Part shown: piece by piece, positions 1-9,100 of the stretch
How positions within the stretch are numbered: position 1 is the first letter of the stretch
Layout: the number at the start of each line of letters is the position of its first letter
Assembly (NCBI GenBank): GCA_046758505.1
Contig: JBHIAH010000074.1
Location: 1 to 13,541, forward strand
DNA length: 13,541 bases
DNA from: Candidatus Methylomirabilales bacterium
Lineage (GTDB): Bacteria > Methylomirabilota > Methylomirabilia > Methylomirabilales > CSP1-5
Direction: 5' to 3'
Made by a program: the position numbers and the translations under genes
Notes under the pieces: model-generated
Database searches by the model: none
What the model was told of the DNA's origin: nothing
Seen by the model: only the letters and a program-made list of their open reading frames with translations

Positions 1-88
1 GCCGCCGCAGGACCCCCCGAAGGATCTGCACGTAATCCAGCTCGGTCTCTGCCGGCTCCGACCGCGGCACACGTGGCGGCTGTGGCAT
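1..88 (-). CDS. 5' end (partial) of a probable polysaccharide co-polymerase / chain-length determinant (Wzc/GumC-like)
   Basis: ATG at 88, 21 nt after the glycosylphosphotransferase stop, with a G-rich RBS-like GGGGGA upstream. Reads MPQPPRVPRSEPAETELDYVQILRGVLRR to the window edge. ELDYxxILxxxLRR resembles Wzz/Wzc N-termini and fits the context, but only 29 codons are visible. Confidence 0.6.
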   Translation of the reverse strand, partial: MPQPPRVPRSEPAETELDYVQILRGVLRR

Positions 89-109
89 CAGTCCGTTCCC
101 CCGCCGGCG

Positions 110-1501
110 CTATCGCGCTCCCCGTCCGAAGAGCACCACCTGCACCGTGCTGAACAGGATGAGCAGATCCAAAAAGACCGACATGTTCTTGACGTAGTAC
201 AGGTCGTACTCGAGCTTGTGCGCGGCCTCTTCGATCGTGGATCCGTAGGGACAACGGATCTGCGCCCAGCCGGTGATCCCCGGCTTGACGCTGAGCCGCT
301 GGAGGTAATAGGGGATGCGCTGCTGGAGCATAGCGACGAAATGGGGCCGTTCCGGACGCGGCCCGACAAAGCTCACATCCCCCCTCAGCACATTGACAAT
401 CTGCGGAAGCTCGTCGAGGCGCGACCGCCGCAGAAAACGCCCGACCCGCGTGACGCGCGGGTCGTTGGCCGCCGCCCAGACCGGGCCCGTCTTCCCTTCG
501 GCCCCCTCGACCATCGTCCGAAACTTCAGCAGCCGAAAGACCTTCCCGGCCTGCCCCACGCGCTCTTGCCGGAAGAAGATCGAGCCCCGCGACTCGAGCG
601 TGATGGCCAGGGCGATGGCGACAAAGAGCGGAAACCCGAGGACCAGAAAAACGAGGGCGAGGCCGATATCCATGCCACGCTTCACCGTCCGGGTCATGGA
701 CGCCCGGTGAAACCCGTCGCAGAAGACCATCCAACTGGGCCGCAATTTCTCTACCCCGATCCTTCCGGTCAGTCGTTCGTAAAACGACGGCCAGTCTTCG
801 ACCCGGATCCCGCGCAGTTTGCAGTCGAGCACGGGGGCCAGCGGGAGGGCTCCCCGGCGCTCATCCAGCGTGACGACGATCGTCCCCGCCCGGTGCTCTG
901 CGGCCACCCGGTTCAGCTCGGAGACCCGCCCCAGCACCCGGTACCCGTCGTTGAGCTGCAGTTCCGCCTCTGACCGGTTGTCCACGTACCCCAGCACCTC
1001 GTAGCCGCGCGTGCCCATCCGGGAAATCGTCTCGATGAGGTTATCCGCCACGGGCGTCGCCCCGAGGAGCAGGAGCCGCTCCCGGAAGCGGGGGATATTC
1101 CACAGCCGCAGCGTCGTCAGCCGGATCACGGCGACCGCACAGAATCCGGCAACGAGCGCCAGCAAAAGCGCCAGCCGCCCCCAGCGCAAGACCGGCACGG
1201 CGAATCCGACCGCGCTCAACAGAAAGGCCAGGGCGGCGAAACACCCCATCTGGCGGATCACGATCTCCTTGCGCCCCTGCTGCGGGGAGACATCGGTGGC
1301 GCCCCCCACACAGAGGACGACCCAGCCGAGTCCCACGAACGCGAGCGCCTTCGGCCAGATGGGGTCGAAGCCCATCCAGACAGGCGGGAGGCCGAGCAGG
1401 GGGGTCAGCCGTCCGGCGTATGCGGCCGCGAGCAGGCCGATGACATCGGCGAGGCCGAGGGCGAGGACTTGCCACGAGAGATGGTATCGAAAGATCCGCA
1501 A
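110..1501 (-). CDS. Exopolysaccharide polyprenyl glycosylphosphotransferase (WcaJ/WbaP family; PEP-CTERM-system-associated type)
   Basis: 463 aa. Several N-terminal hydrophobic helices, a middle Rossmann-like region, and Bac_transf motifs KRxxD, FRQERVG, KFRTM, DPRVTRVGRFLRRSRLDELPQ, VGPRPE, KPGITGWAQ, YDLYYVKN. TTG start with GGAG upstream. Confidence 0.95.
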   Translation of the reverse strand: MRIFRYHLSWQVLALGLADVIGLLAAAYAGRLTPLLGLPPVWMGFDPIWPKALAFVGLGWVVLCVGGATDVSPQQGRKEIVIRQMGCFAALAFLLSAVGFAVPVLRWGRLALLLALVAGFCAVAVIRLTTLRLWNIPRFRERLLLLGATPVADNLIETISRMGTRGYEVLGYVDNRSEAELQLNDGYRVLGRVSELNRVAAEHRAGTIVVTLDERRGALPLAPVLDCKLRGIRVEDWPSFYERLTGRIGVEKLRPSWMVFCDGFHRASMTRTVKRGMDIGLALVFLVLGFPLFVAIALAITLESRGSIFFRQERVGQAGKVFRLLKFRTMVEGAEGKTGPVWAAANDPRVTRVGRFLRRSRLDELPQIVNVLRGDVSFVGPRPERPHFVAMLQQRIPYYLQRLSVKPGITGWAQIRCPYGSTIEEAAHKLEYDLYYVKNMSVFLDLLILFSTVQVVLFGRGAR

Positions 1502-1519
1502 GACGAAGCTACTCCACGG

Positions 1520-1561
1520 TGAGAAATGAAAATGAGAAATTGGAAAATGGAAAACAGGTAA
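1520..1561. repeat. Short degenerate 6-8-bp tandem repeat (TGAGAAA/TGGAAAA)
   Basis: tgagaaa tgaaaa tgagaaa ttggaaaa tggaaaa caggtaa, lying between the sigma-54 motif and the TTG start at 1501. Confidence 0.6.
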
Positions 1562-1578
1562 CAGCGGGGGGGGCGTAG

Positions 1579-1594
1579 TGCCAGTTCTATGCCA
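1579..1594 (-). promoter_or_regulatory. Sigma-54 (-24/-12) promoter candidate for the glycosylphosphotransferase gene
   Basis: Minus strand reads TGGCATAGAACTGGCA: GG-N10-GC spacing with a TGGCA -24 box, about 80 nt upstream of the start. Confidence 0.7.
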
Positions 1595-1818
1595 CGGCAG
1601 GCGGAGACCGAAGGACCCACGATCGTCGAGGACGCCGTCCCGAACGAAATCGCAAAGTTACCTCGTAGCAAACGACGCAAATCCGCCCGATGGGATCTCG
1701 CGGTGTCGGTTCTCTTGCCAGTGACGGCGTGCAGACCTTGCGCGATTTTCTGCACGATCCGGCGGCGGGTCACACCAACCTGTTTGATGTGAAGGCAATT
1801 TCCCCGGACCGGCGGGCA

Positions 1819-1833
1819 ATGAAAACTTTGCAC
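1819..1833 (-). promoter_or_regulatory. Candidate upstream activator site
   Basis: Minus strand GTGCAAAGTTTTCAT is identical (15/15) to plus strand 12786-12800. Both lie upstream of a sigma-54 motif in the same relative orientation. Confidence 0.55.
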
Positions 1834-1881
1834 ACCTCTTGGACGAACACAGAACGACTGAAGATGGGTACGGGAGAACGG

Positions 1882-3390
1882 TCAGAACGGGAGTGGGGTC
1901 GAGAAGCGGAGCGAGAGACCGAGAAACACCCGGTTCGTGGTCAGATCTTCGCCGGCCCCGTCGGAGTTGCGATCAAAGCGGCGGTACCCCATACTGAGGA
2001 AAAGAACGCGCGTGAGCCGATAGCGGACATCAACCGACACGCTGTTAATCAGATCCTGCCGGTCCTGTTCCTCAAAGTCCTCGCGGGCAAACGAGCCGGT
2101 GACCGCAAAAGAGAGCCGCGGCCCCACCTGGTAGGAAAAAGACGCGGATCCCCGCAGGACGTCTATGACCCCTTGGTTGTCAATGTCGTTAAAGGACTCG
2201 GTAAACCGACGCTCGACCCGCACCGTCAGGCTTCCCCGGGGAACCTTCCACGTGAGGCTCGAATCGGTAAAAAACCCTCTGGTCGGATCGGAGCCGCTCT
2301 CTTTGAACCGCTGGAAGCCGGCCGTCGTCGTGCTCTGCAGCCGGCGGCTGAATTGATGGTTCAGGCCCACGTTGCCGGTCACCACGGTAAAGTCCCGATC
2401 CCCCTTCCGGTCCCGGAACACCCCCCCTGCCCCCAGGAGCAGCTCATTCTTTGGGTTGAGGCGCCATGTGGTGTTCAGTGTCCCCTCGTGGCCCAGAAAG
2501 TCCGCACTCTCGGTAAAGTCGGCCGAGGTGAGGGTATATGCCAGGCTCACCCCCCCTCGCTTGAAGCGACGCCTGAGTCCAATCCGCCCGCTGTGAATCG
2601 TTCGGTCGTCCCCCTCGTCTCCCCCCGCGTTCTCCACATCGGTGACGGTGTTGGTGTACTGCAAACCCAGGTCGGACCGGTTCGTCAGTTTGATTTCGAA
2701 GGCAGGCGACACCTCGTTCCGTGTGGTGCGCCGCAACCCGACCTCCCTGATCCCCAACGCGCTTGACTCCACCGGATCCTCGGTAATGAGCAGACTTTCC
2801 CGGACCGACGCCCGGAGCCGGGGCGTCGGATTCCAGCTCCCGGCAGCCACCAAGCTTTGATCCACCCGATTCAGCTCGGGAAACCGGACGTACTCGAAAA
2901 TCCTCGGGGTATATCGGAGGCTGAGCGAGGACCGTCCCCTCTTGCGTTCGAGGGCGACCGCCGGCACGATCACGGTGCGAAAGTCGGCCTCGCGGCGCCC
3001 GCCCAACCGAAAGGCGTTGTCATCGTACTCTTCCTCGACGCTCAGGTCGAACAGGAGTTGCCCGGGGGGCAAGAGCTGGAGTCGCCGCTGAAACCGGTCG
3101 CCGAGCCCCGGGGCGGCGGGGGGAGCGGTCAGACCGGGTGCCTGAAGACTCAGGGGTTCCACGGGGGCCGCTGCGCCAGGCAAGGCCGGCGGCGCAGGCG
3201 CTTTTTCTTCTTTTTTCTCTTCTGTCGGCGTCGGAACGGTCGGCGCGGCGGGCGCCTCTGCAGGAGCGGGAGAGGACTCCTGCGCAGAGGCCATAGGAAG
3301 AGCAGCGGAGAGAGAGACGTGGAGGAACACCAGGCCGCAGAGCCCCAGGGCCCGGATGTCAGCTTTTTTCAACGGGGCAGCGCGGGTCAT
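1882..3390 (-). CDS. Outer-membrane beta-barrel protein associated with polysaccharide export (BBP2 / PEP-CTERM-system-associated type)
   Basis: 502 aa. Signal peptide ending ASA-QE, a Pro/Ala-rich linker, then many amphipathic strands (LSVEEEYDDN, LSLRYTP, VSLAYTL, ASFSYQV, VDVRYRL, LSMGYRR, NRVFLGLSLRF) and a C-terminal Phe. Adjacent to the OPX gene. Confidence 0.85.
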   Translation of the reverse strand: MTRAAPLKKADIRALGLCGLVFLHVSLSAALPMASAQESSPAPAEAPAAPTVPTPTEEKKEEKAPAPPALPGAAAPVEPLSLQAPGLTAPPAAPGLGDRFQRRLQLLPPGQLLFDLSVEEEYDDNAFRLGGRREADFRTVIVPAVALERKRGRSSLSLRYTPRIFEYVRFPELNRVDQSLVAAGSWNPTPRLRASVRESLLITEDPVESSALGIREVGLRRTTRNEVSPAFEIKLTNRSDLGLQYTNTVTDVENAGGDEGDDRTIHSGRIGLRRRFKRGGVSLAYTLTSADFTESADFLGHEGTLNTTWRLNPKNELLLGAGGVFRDRKGDRDFTVVTGNVGLNHQFSRRLQSTTTAGFQRFKESGSDPTRGFFTDSSLTWKVPRGSLTVRVERRFTESFNDIDNQGVIDVLRGSASFSYQVGPRLSFAVTGSFAREDFEEQDRQDLINSVSVDVRYRLTRVLFLSMGYRRFDRNSDGAGEDLTTNRVFLGLSLRFSTPLPF

Positions 3391-3429
3391 CCGGCACCAC
3401 CATCATACGGTCGGGCTCCACCTCCCCTT

Positions 3430-4263
3430 TCAGAAGAGACCTCCCTGCGGGACAATCACGACGTCCCCGGGTTGCAGCAGTATGTCCTTTGCCTCCTGCG
3501 GGTTCTCGATGATTTCGTCCACGTCCGCAGGGATGATCTGCTTTCGGTTTCCCTCCTCGCGGATGATGATGGTCCGCGAGGGCTTGGCGAAATCGCTGAA
3601 CCCTCCCGCCCGGGCCACGGCCTTCAAGATGGTGAACTGACTCTCGCGGTCGAGGGGGAACGTCCCGGGATTCTTGACCTCCCCCATGACGAAGACCGCG
3701 TTCCGCGGATTGGCCGGCACGACGACCACATCCTCCGGCTTGAGGAGGATGTTCTGGGACAGGTCCCCCTCCATGAGGAGTTTCCGGAAATCGAGATCCA
3801 GCCGCTCGCTCCCCCGGGCCACGTAGGCGAGCGTCAGGTCCGTGCCGGGAGCGATGCCGCCCGCGAGGGCCAGGGCCTGGAGCACCGTGACCTCACTCTT
3901 GCTCGCCAGGACGCCGGGCCTCCCGACGCTCCCGAGGACATAGATCCGGTAGCTATTGACCTCTCGCAGACTCACGCTAACGACCGGATTCCTGATCTTT
4001 TTGGTCAGGCGGCGCGTCAGATAGTCTGCCAGCTCTTCGGCCGTCATGCCCGCGGCCTGCACGTCCCCCACCAGGGGAAAGGAGATCTTCCCGCCGGGGT
4101 TCACCCGCGCCACCGTATCCAGCTCTTTGTTCCCCAACACGGAAATGAACAGGACATCGGCCGACCCGATGACGTAGTCAGCCGCACAAACATGGGCCGG
4201 CGCACCCAGCAGGGACACGACGGCCACCGTCGCCAGCAGGATCCTCCATCGTCCCCAGACCAT
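3430..4263 (-). CDS. Polysaccharide biosynthesis/export protein (OPX, Wza-like; Poly_export + two SLBB domains)
   Basis: 277 aa. Signal peptide, DYVIGSADVLFISV, GKISFPLVGDVQAAGMT (PES motif), two SLBB repeats (IYVLGSVGRPG..LQALALAGG; VFVMGEVKNPG..LKAVARAGG), and LxPxDVVxVP ends. Confidence 0.93.
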   Translation of the reverse strand: MVWGRWRILLATVAVVSLLGAPAHVCAADYVIGSADVLFISVLGNKELDTVARVNPGGKISFPLVGDVQAAGMTAEELADYLTRRLTKKIRNPVVSVSLREVNSYRIYVLGSVGRPGVLASKSEVTVLQALALAGGIAPGTDLTLAYVARGSERLDLDFRKLLMEGDLSQNILLKPEDVVVVPANPRNAVFVMGEVKNPGTFPLDRESQFTILKAVARAGGFSDFAKPSRTIIIREEGNRKQIIPADVDEIIENPQEAKDILLQPGDVVIVPQGGLF

Positions 4264-4281
4264 CTGCGCTCCCTCCCTGTG

Positions 4282-5655
4282 CTACCCGGTTTCGGTCCGG
4301 ATTCTGTCTTTCTCGAGCCGCTTCAACTTGTAGTGGAGCCCCCGGATGCTGATGCCCAAGAGCGCGGCCGCCGCCGTCTTGTTGCCGCGCGTCTGGCGCA
4401 GGGCGTCCCGGATCATCGCCCGCTCGCGCTCGCGCAGGGTGTCGCCGGCCGGCCCCGCGGCCCCGGCCTGGGCCGGGTGGAGGATCTGATGCAGGTGGGC
4501 GATGTCGATGAAGGCCCCGTCCGCCAGGATCGCGGCGCGCTCGACGCAGTTCTGGAGCTCGCGCACGTTGCCCGGCCAGTCGTATTGGAGCAGGTGCCGC
4601 AGGGTCCGGGCGGTCACCCCGCGAATCTGCTTGGTGCTCTGCCGGTTGAAGGCCTCGACAAAGTGCTCGACCAACAGGGGAATATCCTCCTTCCGCTTTC
4701 GCAGCGGGGGGAGGGTGATGCTGATGACGTCCAGGCGGTAGAAGAGATCCTCCCGGAACCGCCCCTGCTTGACCAGGGCGGCCAGATCCCGGTTGGTGGC
4801 GGCGATGATGCGGACGTCGACCCGCAGGGGGTGGCTGCTTCCGACGCGCCGAAACTCCCGATTCTGAATGACCCGCAGCAGTTTGGCCTGCAGGGGGAAG
4901 GTGAGCTCCCCCACCTCGTCGAGGAAGAGGGTTCCGGTGTCGGCCAACTGAAAAACCCCGACCCGATCCCCGACGGCCGAGGTGAAAGCCCCCCGGACAT
5001 GGCCGAACATCTCGCTTTCCATGAGGCCCTCGGGGATGGCGGCGCAGTCGAGCACCACAAAGGGCCGGCCGCGGCGGCGGCCACAGTCATGGATCGCCCG
5101 GGCGACGAGTTCCTTGCCCGTCCCGCTTTCCCCGTGGAGGCAGACGTTGGCGTCCGCCGGGGCCACCTTGTGGACCCAGTGATAGACCTCCTGCATGGCG
5201 TCGGAGTCCCCGATGATCTCCGGAAAGGGCTTGTCGCCGCTCCCTCTCGCCGGTGTGCGGGGGGCGAGCGGATCCCCCGCACACAACTGGCTCCAAGTCA
5301 GCGCCCGGTGCAGCACGGCCAGGAGCGCGGCACGGTCGAGCGGTTTGGAGAGCACTTCGAAGGCGCCGGCGGCCCCGCACTCGGCCAGGCCGGGTTGCTC
5401 CAACACGTCCGCGACGATGATCACGGGGGTCGTCGGGGTCTCGCGCTGGATGGCCGCCAGAAACCGCCGGCCCTCCGTCGGGGCGTCATCGAGATCGATG
5501 ACGACGGCCCCGAATCTCCCCGCACCCAGCAGGCCCAGCGCGTCGGGCCACGAGGCGACCTGCACCTTTGCGACTGCCGAGGAAGGGAGGGAACCCTGAA
5601 TATATCCCGCCGCCTCTGACCGGCCGTCCACGATTAATACCTGCGACGATTCCAT
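4282..5655 (-). CDS. Sigma-54-dependent transcriptional regulator (NtrC/AtoC-type REC-AAA+-Fis HTH)
   Basis: 457 aa. Degenerate receiver, Walker A GESGTGKE, GAFTSA loop, Walker B LFLDEVGE, AATNRDL, FREDLFYRL, WPGNVRELQN, and HTH AAALLGISIRGLHYKLK. Confidence 0.95.
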   Translation of the reverse strand: MESSQVLIVDGRSEAAGYIQGSLPSSAVAKVQVASWPDALGLLGAGRFGAVVIDLDDAPTEGRRFLAAIQRETPTTPVIIVADVLEQPGLAECGAAGAFEVLSKPLDRAALLAVLHRALTWSQLCAGDPLAPRTPARGSGDKPFPEIIGDSDAMQEVYHWVHKVAPADANVCLHGESGTGKELVARAIHDCGRRRGRPFVVLDCAAIPEGLMESEMFGHVRGAFTSAVGDRVGVFQLADTGTLFLDEVGELTFPLQAKLLRVIQNREFRRVGSSHPLRVDVRIIAATNRDLAALVKQGRFREDLFYRLDVISITLPPLRKRKEDIPLLVEHFVEAFNRQSTKQIRGVTARTLRHLLQYDWPGNVRELQNCVERAAILADGAFIDIAHLHQILHPAQAGAAGPAGDTLRERERAMIRDALRQTRGNKTAAAALLGISIRGLHYKLKRLEKDRIRTETG

Positions 5656-5828
5656 GGGACACCCCCTATTGGCCCCAGGCCCCAGAACAGCAGGATGAAG
5701 CCGAGGTCACACCGCATCTAGGCGATAAGAATGCTGTCAACCCGCTGAACTCTTCTCTCTTCGCGGAGCCGCCTACCCCATCCGCCTGGTCCGAAATGCG
5801 ACAGACCGGACGACACCACCTCGGGCTA

Positions 5829-5844
5829 TGCAAACATCGCACCG
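5829..5844 (-). promoter_or_regulatory. Weaker sigma-54 promoter candidate for the regulator-OPX-barrel genes
   Basis: Minus strand CGGTGCGATGTTTGCA: GG-N10-GC with a good TTGCA -12 box but a non-consensus -24 context. Confidence 0.4.
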
Positions 5845-5930
5845 CTTATCGGTCTGTTACGGGGGGAAAGGAACTTACGGTGCCCGCTCCCCCCACCGCC
5901 TCGGTGAGGAGCCTTCAGCAGTGCAACACG

Positions 5931-5947
5931 AGTGCAAGAATTGCACT
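5931..5947. promoter_or_regulatory. Palindromic protein-binding site candidate (enhancer) between divergent promoters
   Basis: AGTGCAA-GAA-TTGCACT has perfect 7-bp arms. An extra AGTGCAA half-site lies at 5920-5926. It sits 104 nt upstream of the 6052 sigma-54 motif. Confidence 0.65.
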
Positions 5948-6051
5948 GTTGAAATTAGCCATGTGGATGGGGACAGGATTATACCGGCGTTTTATTATGA
6001 TCAACCCAACGTTGTCAACACATTTTTGGGGATCTTTTCCACAGACGAACA

Positions 6052-6067
6052 TGGCCTCCAAGTTGCA
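6052..6067 (+). promoter_or_regulatory. Sigma-54 promoter candidate for the TPR lipoprotein gene
   Basis: TGGCCTCCAAGTTGCA: TGGC, GG-N10-GC and TTGCA, ending 68 nt upstream of the ATG at 6136. Confidence 0.75.
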
Positions 6068-6135
6068 ACGGTCCCTCCCGATGCAAGGTCATATTTCTCG
6101 TCTCGAATCGTTTCCCTGATGCCGCGAGGTGCATT

Positions 6136-9100
6136 ATGGTGGGACGGATCCGGAATTGGCGGGTGGGAGGCGGGTTTCTGGCGATCGCCATTGTTCTGGC
6201 GGCGTGCCAGCAAAGCCCGGAGGTCCAGAAGGAGGGGTATCTCACAAGCGGCCTCGAGTACCTGAAAGCGCGCAAGTACGACGAGGCCATTATCGAATTC
6301 AGAAACGCCGTGCAGGTCGACCCCCGATTTGGCGCCGCCTACGCCGCCCTCGGGGTTGGGTACCAGGGGAAAGGCTGGGTGCACGACGCGCAATGGGCGT
6401 ACGCCAAGGCCATCGAGATCGACCCCCGGAACCTGCAGGCGCATCTCGATCTTGCCAGGCTTTACCGAGAGGTCGGCCTCACCGAGGACGCCATCCGGAC
6501 TGCCAAGAAAGCGATCGAGATCGACGACGGAGTCGCCAGCGCCTACGTCGTTCTCGGGCGGGCGCTGACGAGGAAGCGCGAGTTTGTCGAGGCCAAGCAG
6601 GCCATCGACAGGGGCCTTCAGCTCGACCCCGAGGCTGCCGAAGGATACCTCGCCCTCGGGGAATGGCATCTGCTGCAGCGGCAGAGCCCGGAAGCGCGGG
6701 CAAGCTTTGAAAAGGCACTCGAGCGTGATCGGGGGCTTGTCGAGGCCCACCTGGGCCTGGGGAGCCTCGCGCTCGCCGCCCAGCAGGTGGACGAAGCGCG
6801 CGCGGCCCTTCAGACGGCCATCAGCATCCAACCCACGAACGTGGTGGCGCGCGTGAGCCTCGCCCGGCTGTATGCCTCGGAGGGGAAGACCGCCGAGGCG
6901 ATCGTTGAGCTCCAGGCCCTCCCCCGGGCCCGGGTCCCGGACCTCCGGGTCGCTCTCCCACTGGCCGCCCTGTACAACCGGGATGGCCGATTCAAGAAGA
7001 CCGTCACGCTGCTGAGCCCAGCGACGAAGCTCTTCCCGAACGTTCCCGACCCCTATTACCTGCTGGGGGAGGCCTATCTCGCGCTGAAAAAAATCGACCC
7101 GGCCCTCGGGGCCTTCCAGGAAGTGGTCGGCCTGCAGCCGAACAGCCCGCTGGCGCAGTTTCGCCTGGGCCAGGCCCTCGCCCGGGCAAACCGGTTTCGC
7201 GAAGCGGCGACCCATCTCGAGGCGGCCCGCAACCTGGGACAGGGCCCCGCCGCGGTGCGCTTGGAGCTGGCGGCGGTCTATCTCAAACTCGGGCGGGCCA
7301 CGGCCGCCCTCGACGAGGCCAAGGCGGCCTCCGCGGTGAACCCCAAGGAACCCCTGAGCTACAGCTTGATGGGCTTGAGCGCCATGGCGACGCAGCAGTA
7401 CGATGCGGCGCTCGAATATTTCTCGAAGGAACGGATCCTGACACCCGATTCCCCCCAAGCGTACGTCCACATCGCCCGGCTCTACGATGTGCAGGGAAAA
7501 ACCGACGAGGCGCTCGAGGCGTACCGGACCGCTATCGCCAAAGACCCCGCGCGCCTGAGCAGCCGCATCGCCCTGATCCGATCGCACCTTGCCCATCAAC
7601 GGTGGCAGGAGGCCGTCAAGGTCGCCCAAGCCGCCCTCGAGGTCGCGCCGAAGCAGCCCGAGATCCTGACGCTCCTCGGTGCCGCATACATGGGCGCGCG
7701 GCAGCCAGAGCAGGCCAGGCCGGCTCTGTCAGCGGCCCTGAAGGCCGACCCGACGTACCCTCCCGCCCATCGCACCCTCAGCGCCCTGGCCGTCCTCGAG
7801 GGGAAACGGGAGGAGGCCATCACCCACCAGGAAGCCATCCGCGAGGCCCACCCGAAGGATCTCTCTGCCTTGATCGGCCTCGCCTCGCTGTACGCCGCAG
7901 GGGGGAACACCCCCAAGGCCATCGAACGCCTGCAGGCGGCCCTCGATGCCCGGCCGGATTTATCCATCCTCAAGCTCGGGCTGGCCGAGTTGTACGTCCA
8001 GGGGGGCCAGTACGAGCTGGCCATCCAGCGGGCCACGGAGGTCCTCAGAGAAAATCCGAAGGTGGCCCGGGCGTATCTCGTCATCGGGCAGGCCCACCTC
8101 GAGACGCGAAAAATCGACGCAGCCTCCAAGGCGATCCGACAGGCCGTGGCGCTGGCGCCCGACTCGGCCCCGGCGCACCGTCTGCTGGCCCGCACCCTGC
8201 TCCAGCAGCAACGGATCGGTGAGGCCATCGCCGAGTACCAGCAGGCCCACACCCTCAAGCCGGATCTCCCCGGACTCGTCGAGGAGCTTGCCCTCGTCGA
8301 GGCCGCGCAGGAAAAACCCCGGGCCGTGGGGGCCATCATCGCCAAGGCCAAGGAACTCGTGCGCGATCACCCCAAGAACGCGTTTCTCCACAACATCCTG
8401 GGGGCCGCGTACCTGGCCGGGAAGGATCTCGCGCAGGCCGAAAAGGCACTGCAGGAGGCCCTGCGCCTCAATCCCCGGATGCTCACCGCCCGCGTGAACC
8501 TGGCCCAGGTGTACGCCGCCCAAAATCAGGGAGACCGGGCGTGGCAAGAGATCAAACGCGTCCTCAAGGTCAACCCGCGCCACGTGGTGGCGAACGCCCT
8601 GGCCGGGCAACTGGCTGCGGCCGGAGGGCGCGTCGAGGAAGCCACGCGCTACCTGGAGACCGCGCACGAGGTCAATCCGTCCCTGGGCCGAGTCAACCTC
8701 GCCTTGGCGCGGCTCTATCTCGCCCGGGGGCGGCTCGGCGATGCCGAGCGGCTGATTGGTACGGTCCTCGCGAGTCATCCGAAGGTGGCCGAGGCACATG
8801 TCGTGAAGGGGATGCTCGCGTTACGCCGGGGCCGCAACACAGAGGCGATCCGCGCCTTCACAGAGGCGGTGCGCCTGAATCCCTCCCTCGCCGAGGGGTT
8901 CTTTGGCCTGGGCAATGCCCAGAACGCCACCGGGGCGTACGACCGCGCCGCACAGGCCTACCAGAAGGTCGTCGCCTTGAATCCCCGTCACTTCGGCGCC
9001 CTGAACAACCTCGCCTGGATCTATGCACAAAAGAAAGACAACCACGTCCTTCACGAGGCGCTCACGTTGGCGGAGAAGGCCCTGGCGCTTCAGCCGAAGA

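Noticed and set aside
1645..1695. GCAAA..GACGCAAA words resembling a c-di-GMP-I riboswitch
   Set aside because: On the strand opposite the downstream gene, and the GAAA-tetraloop stem and spacing are missing.
218..2766. Plus-strand ORFs 218-973, 1011-1529 and 1690-2766, and similar overlaps
   Set aside because: They overlap the glycosylphosphotransferase and beta-barrel genes on the opposite strand and have no recognisable features.
2857..5619. 920-aa plus-strand ORF
   Set aside because: Antisense shadow of three well-supported minus-strand genes; no motifs; long stop-free antisense frames are expected in GC-rich coding DNA.
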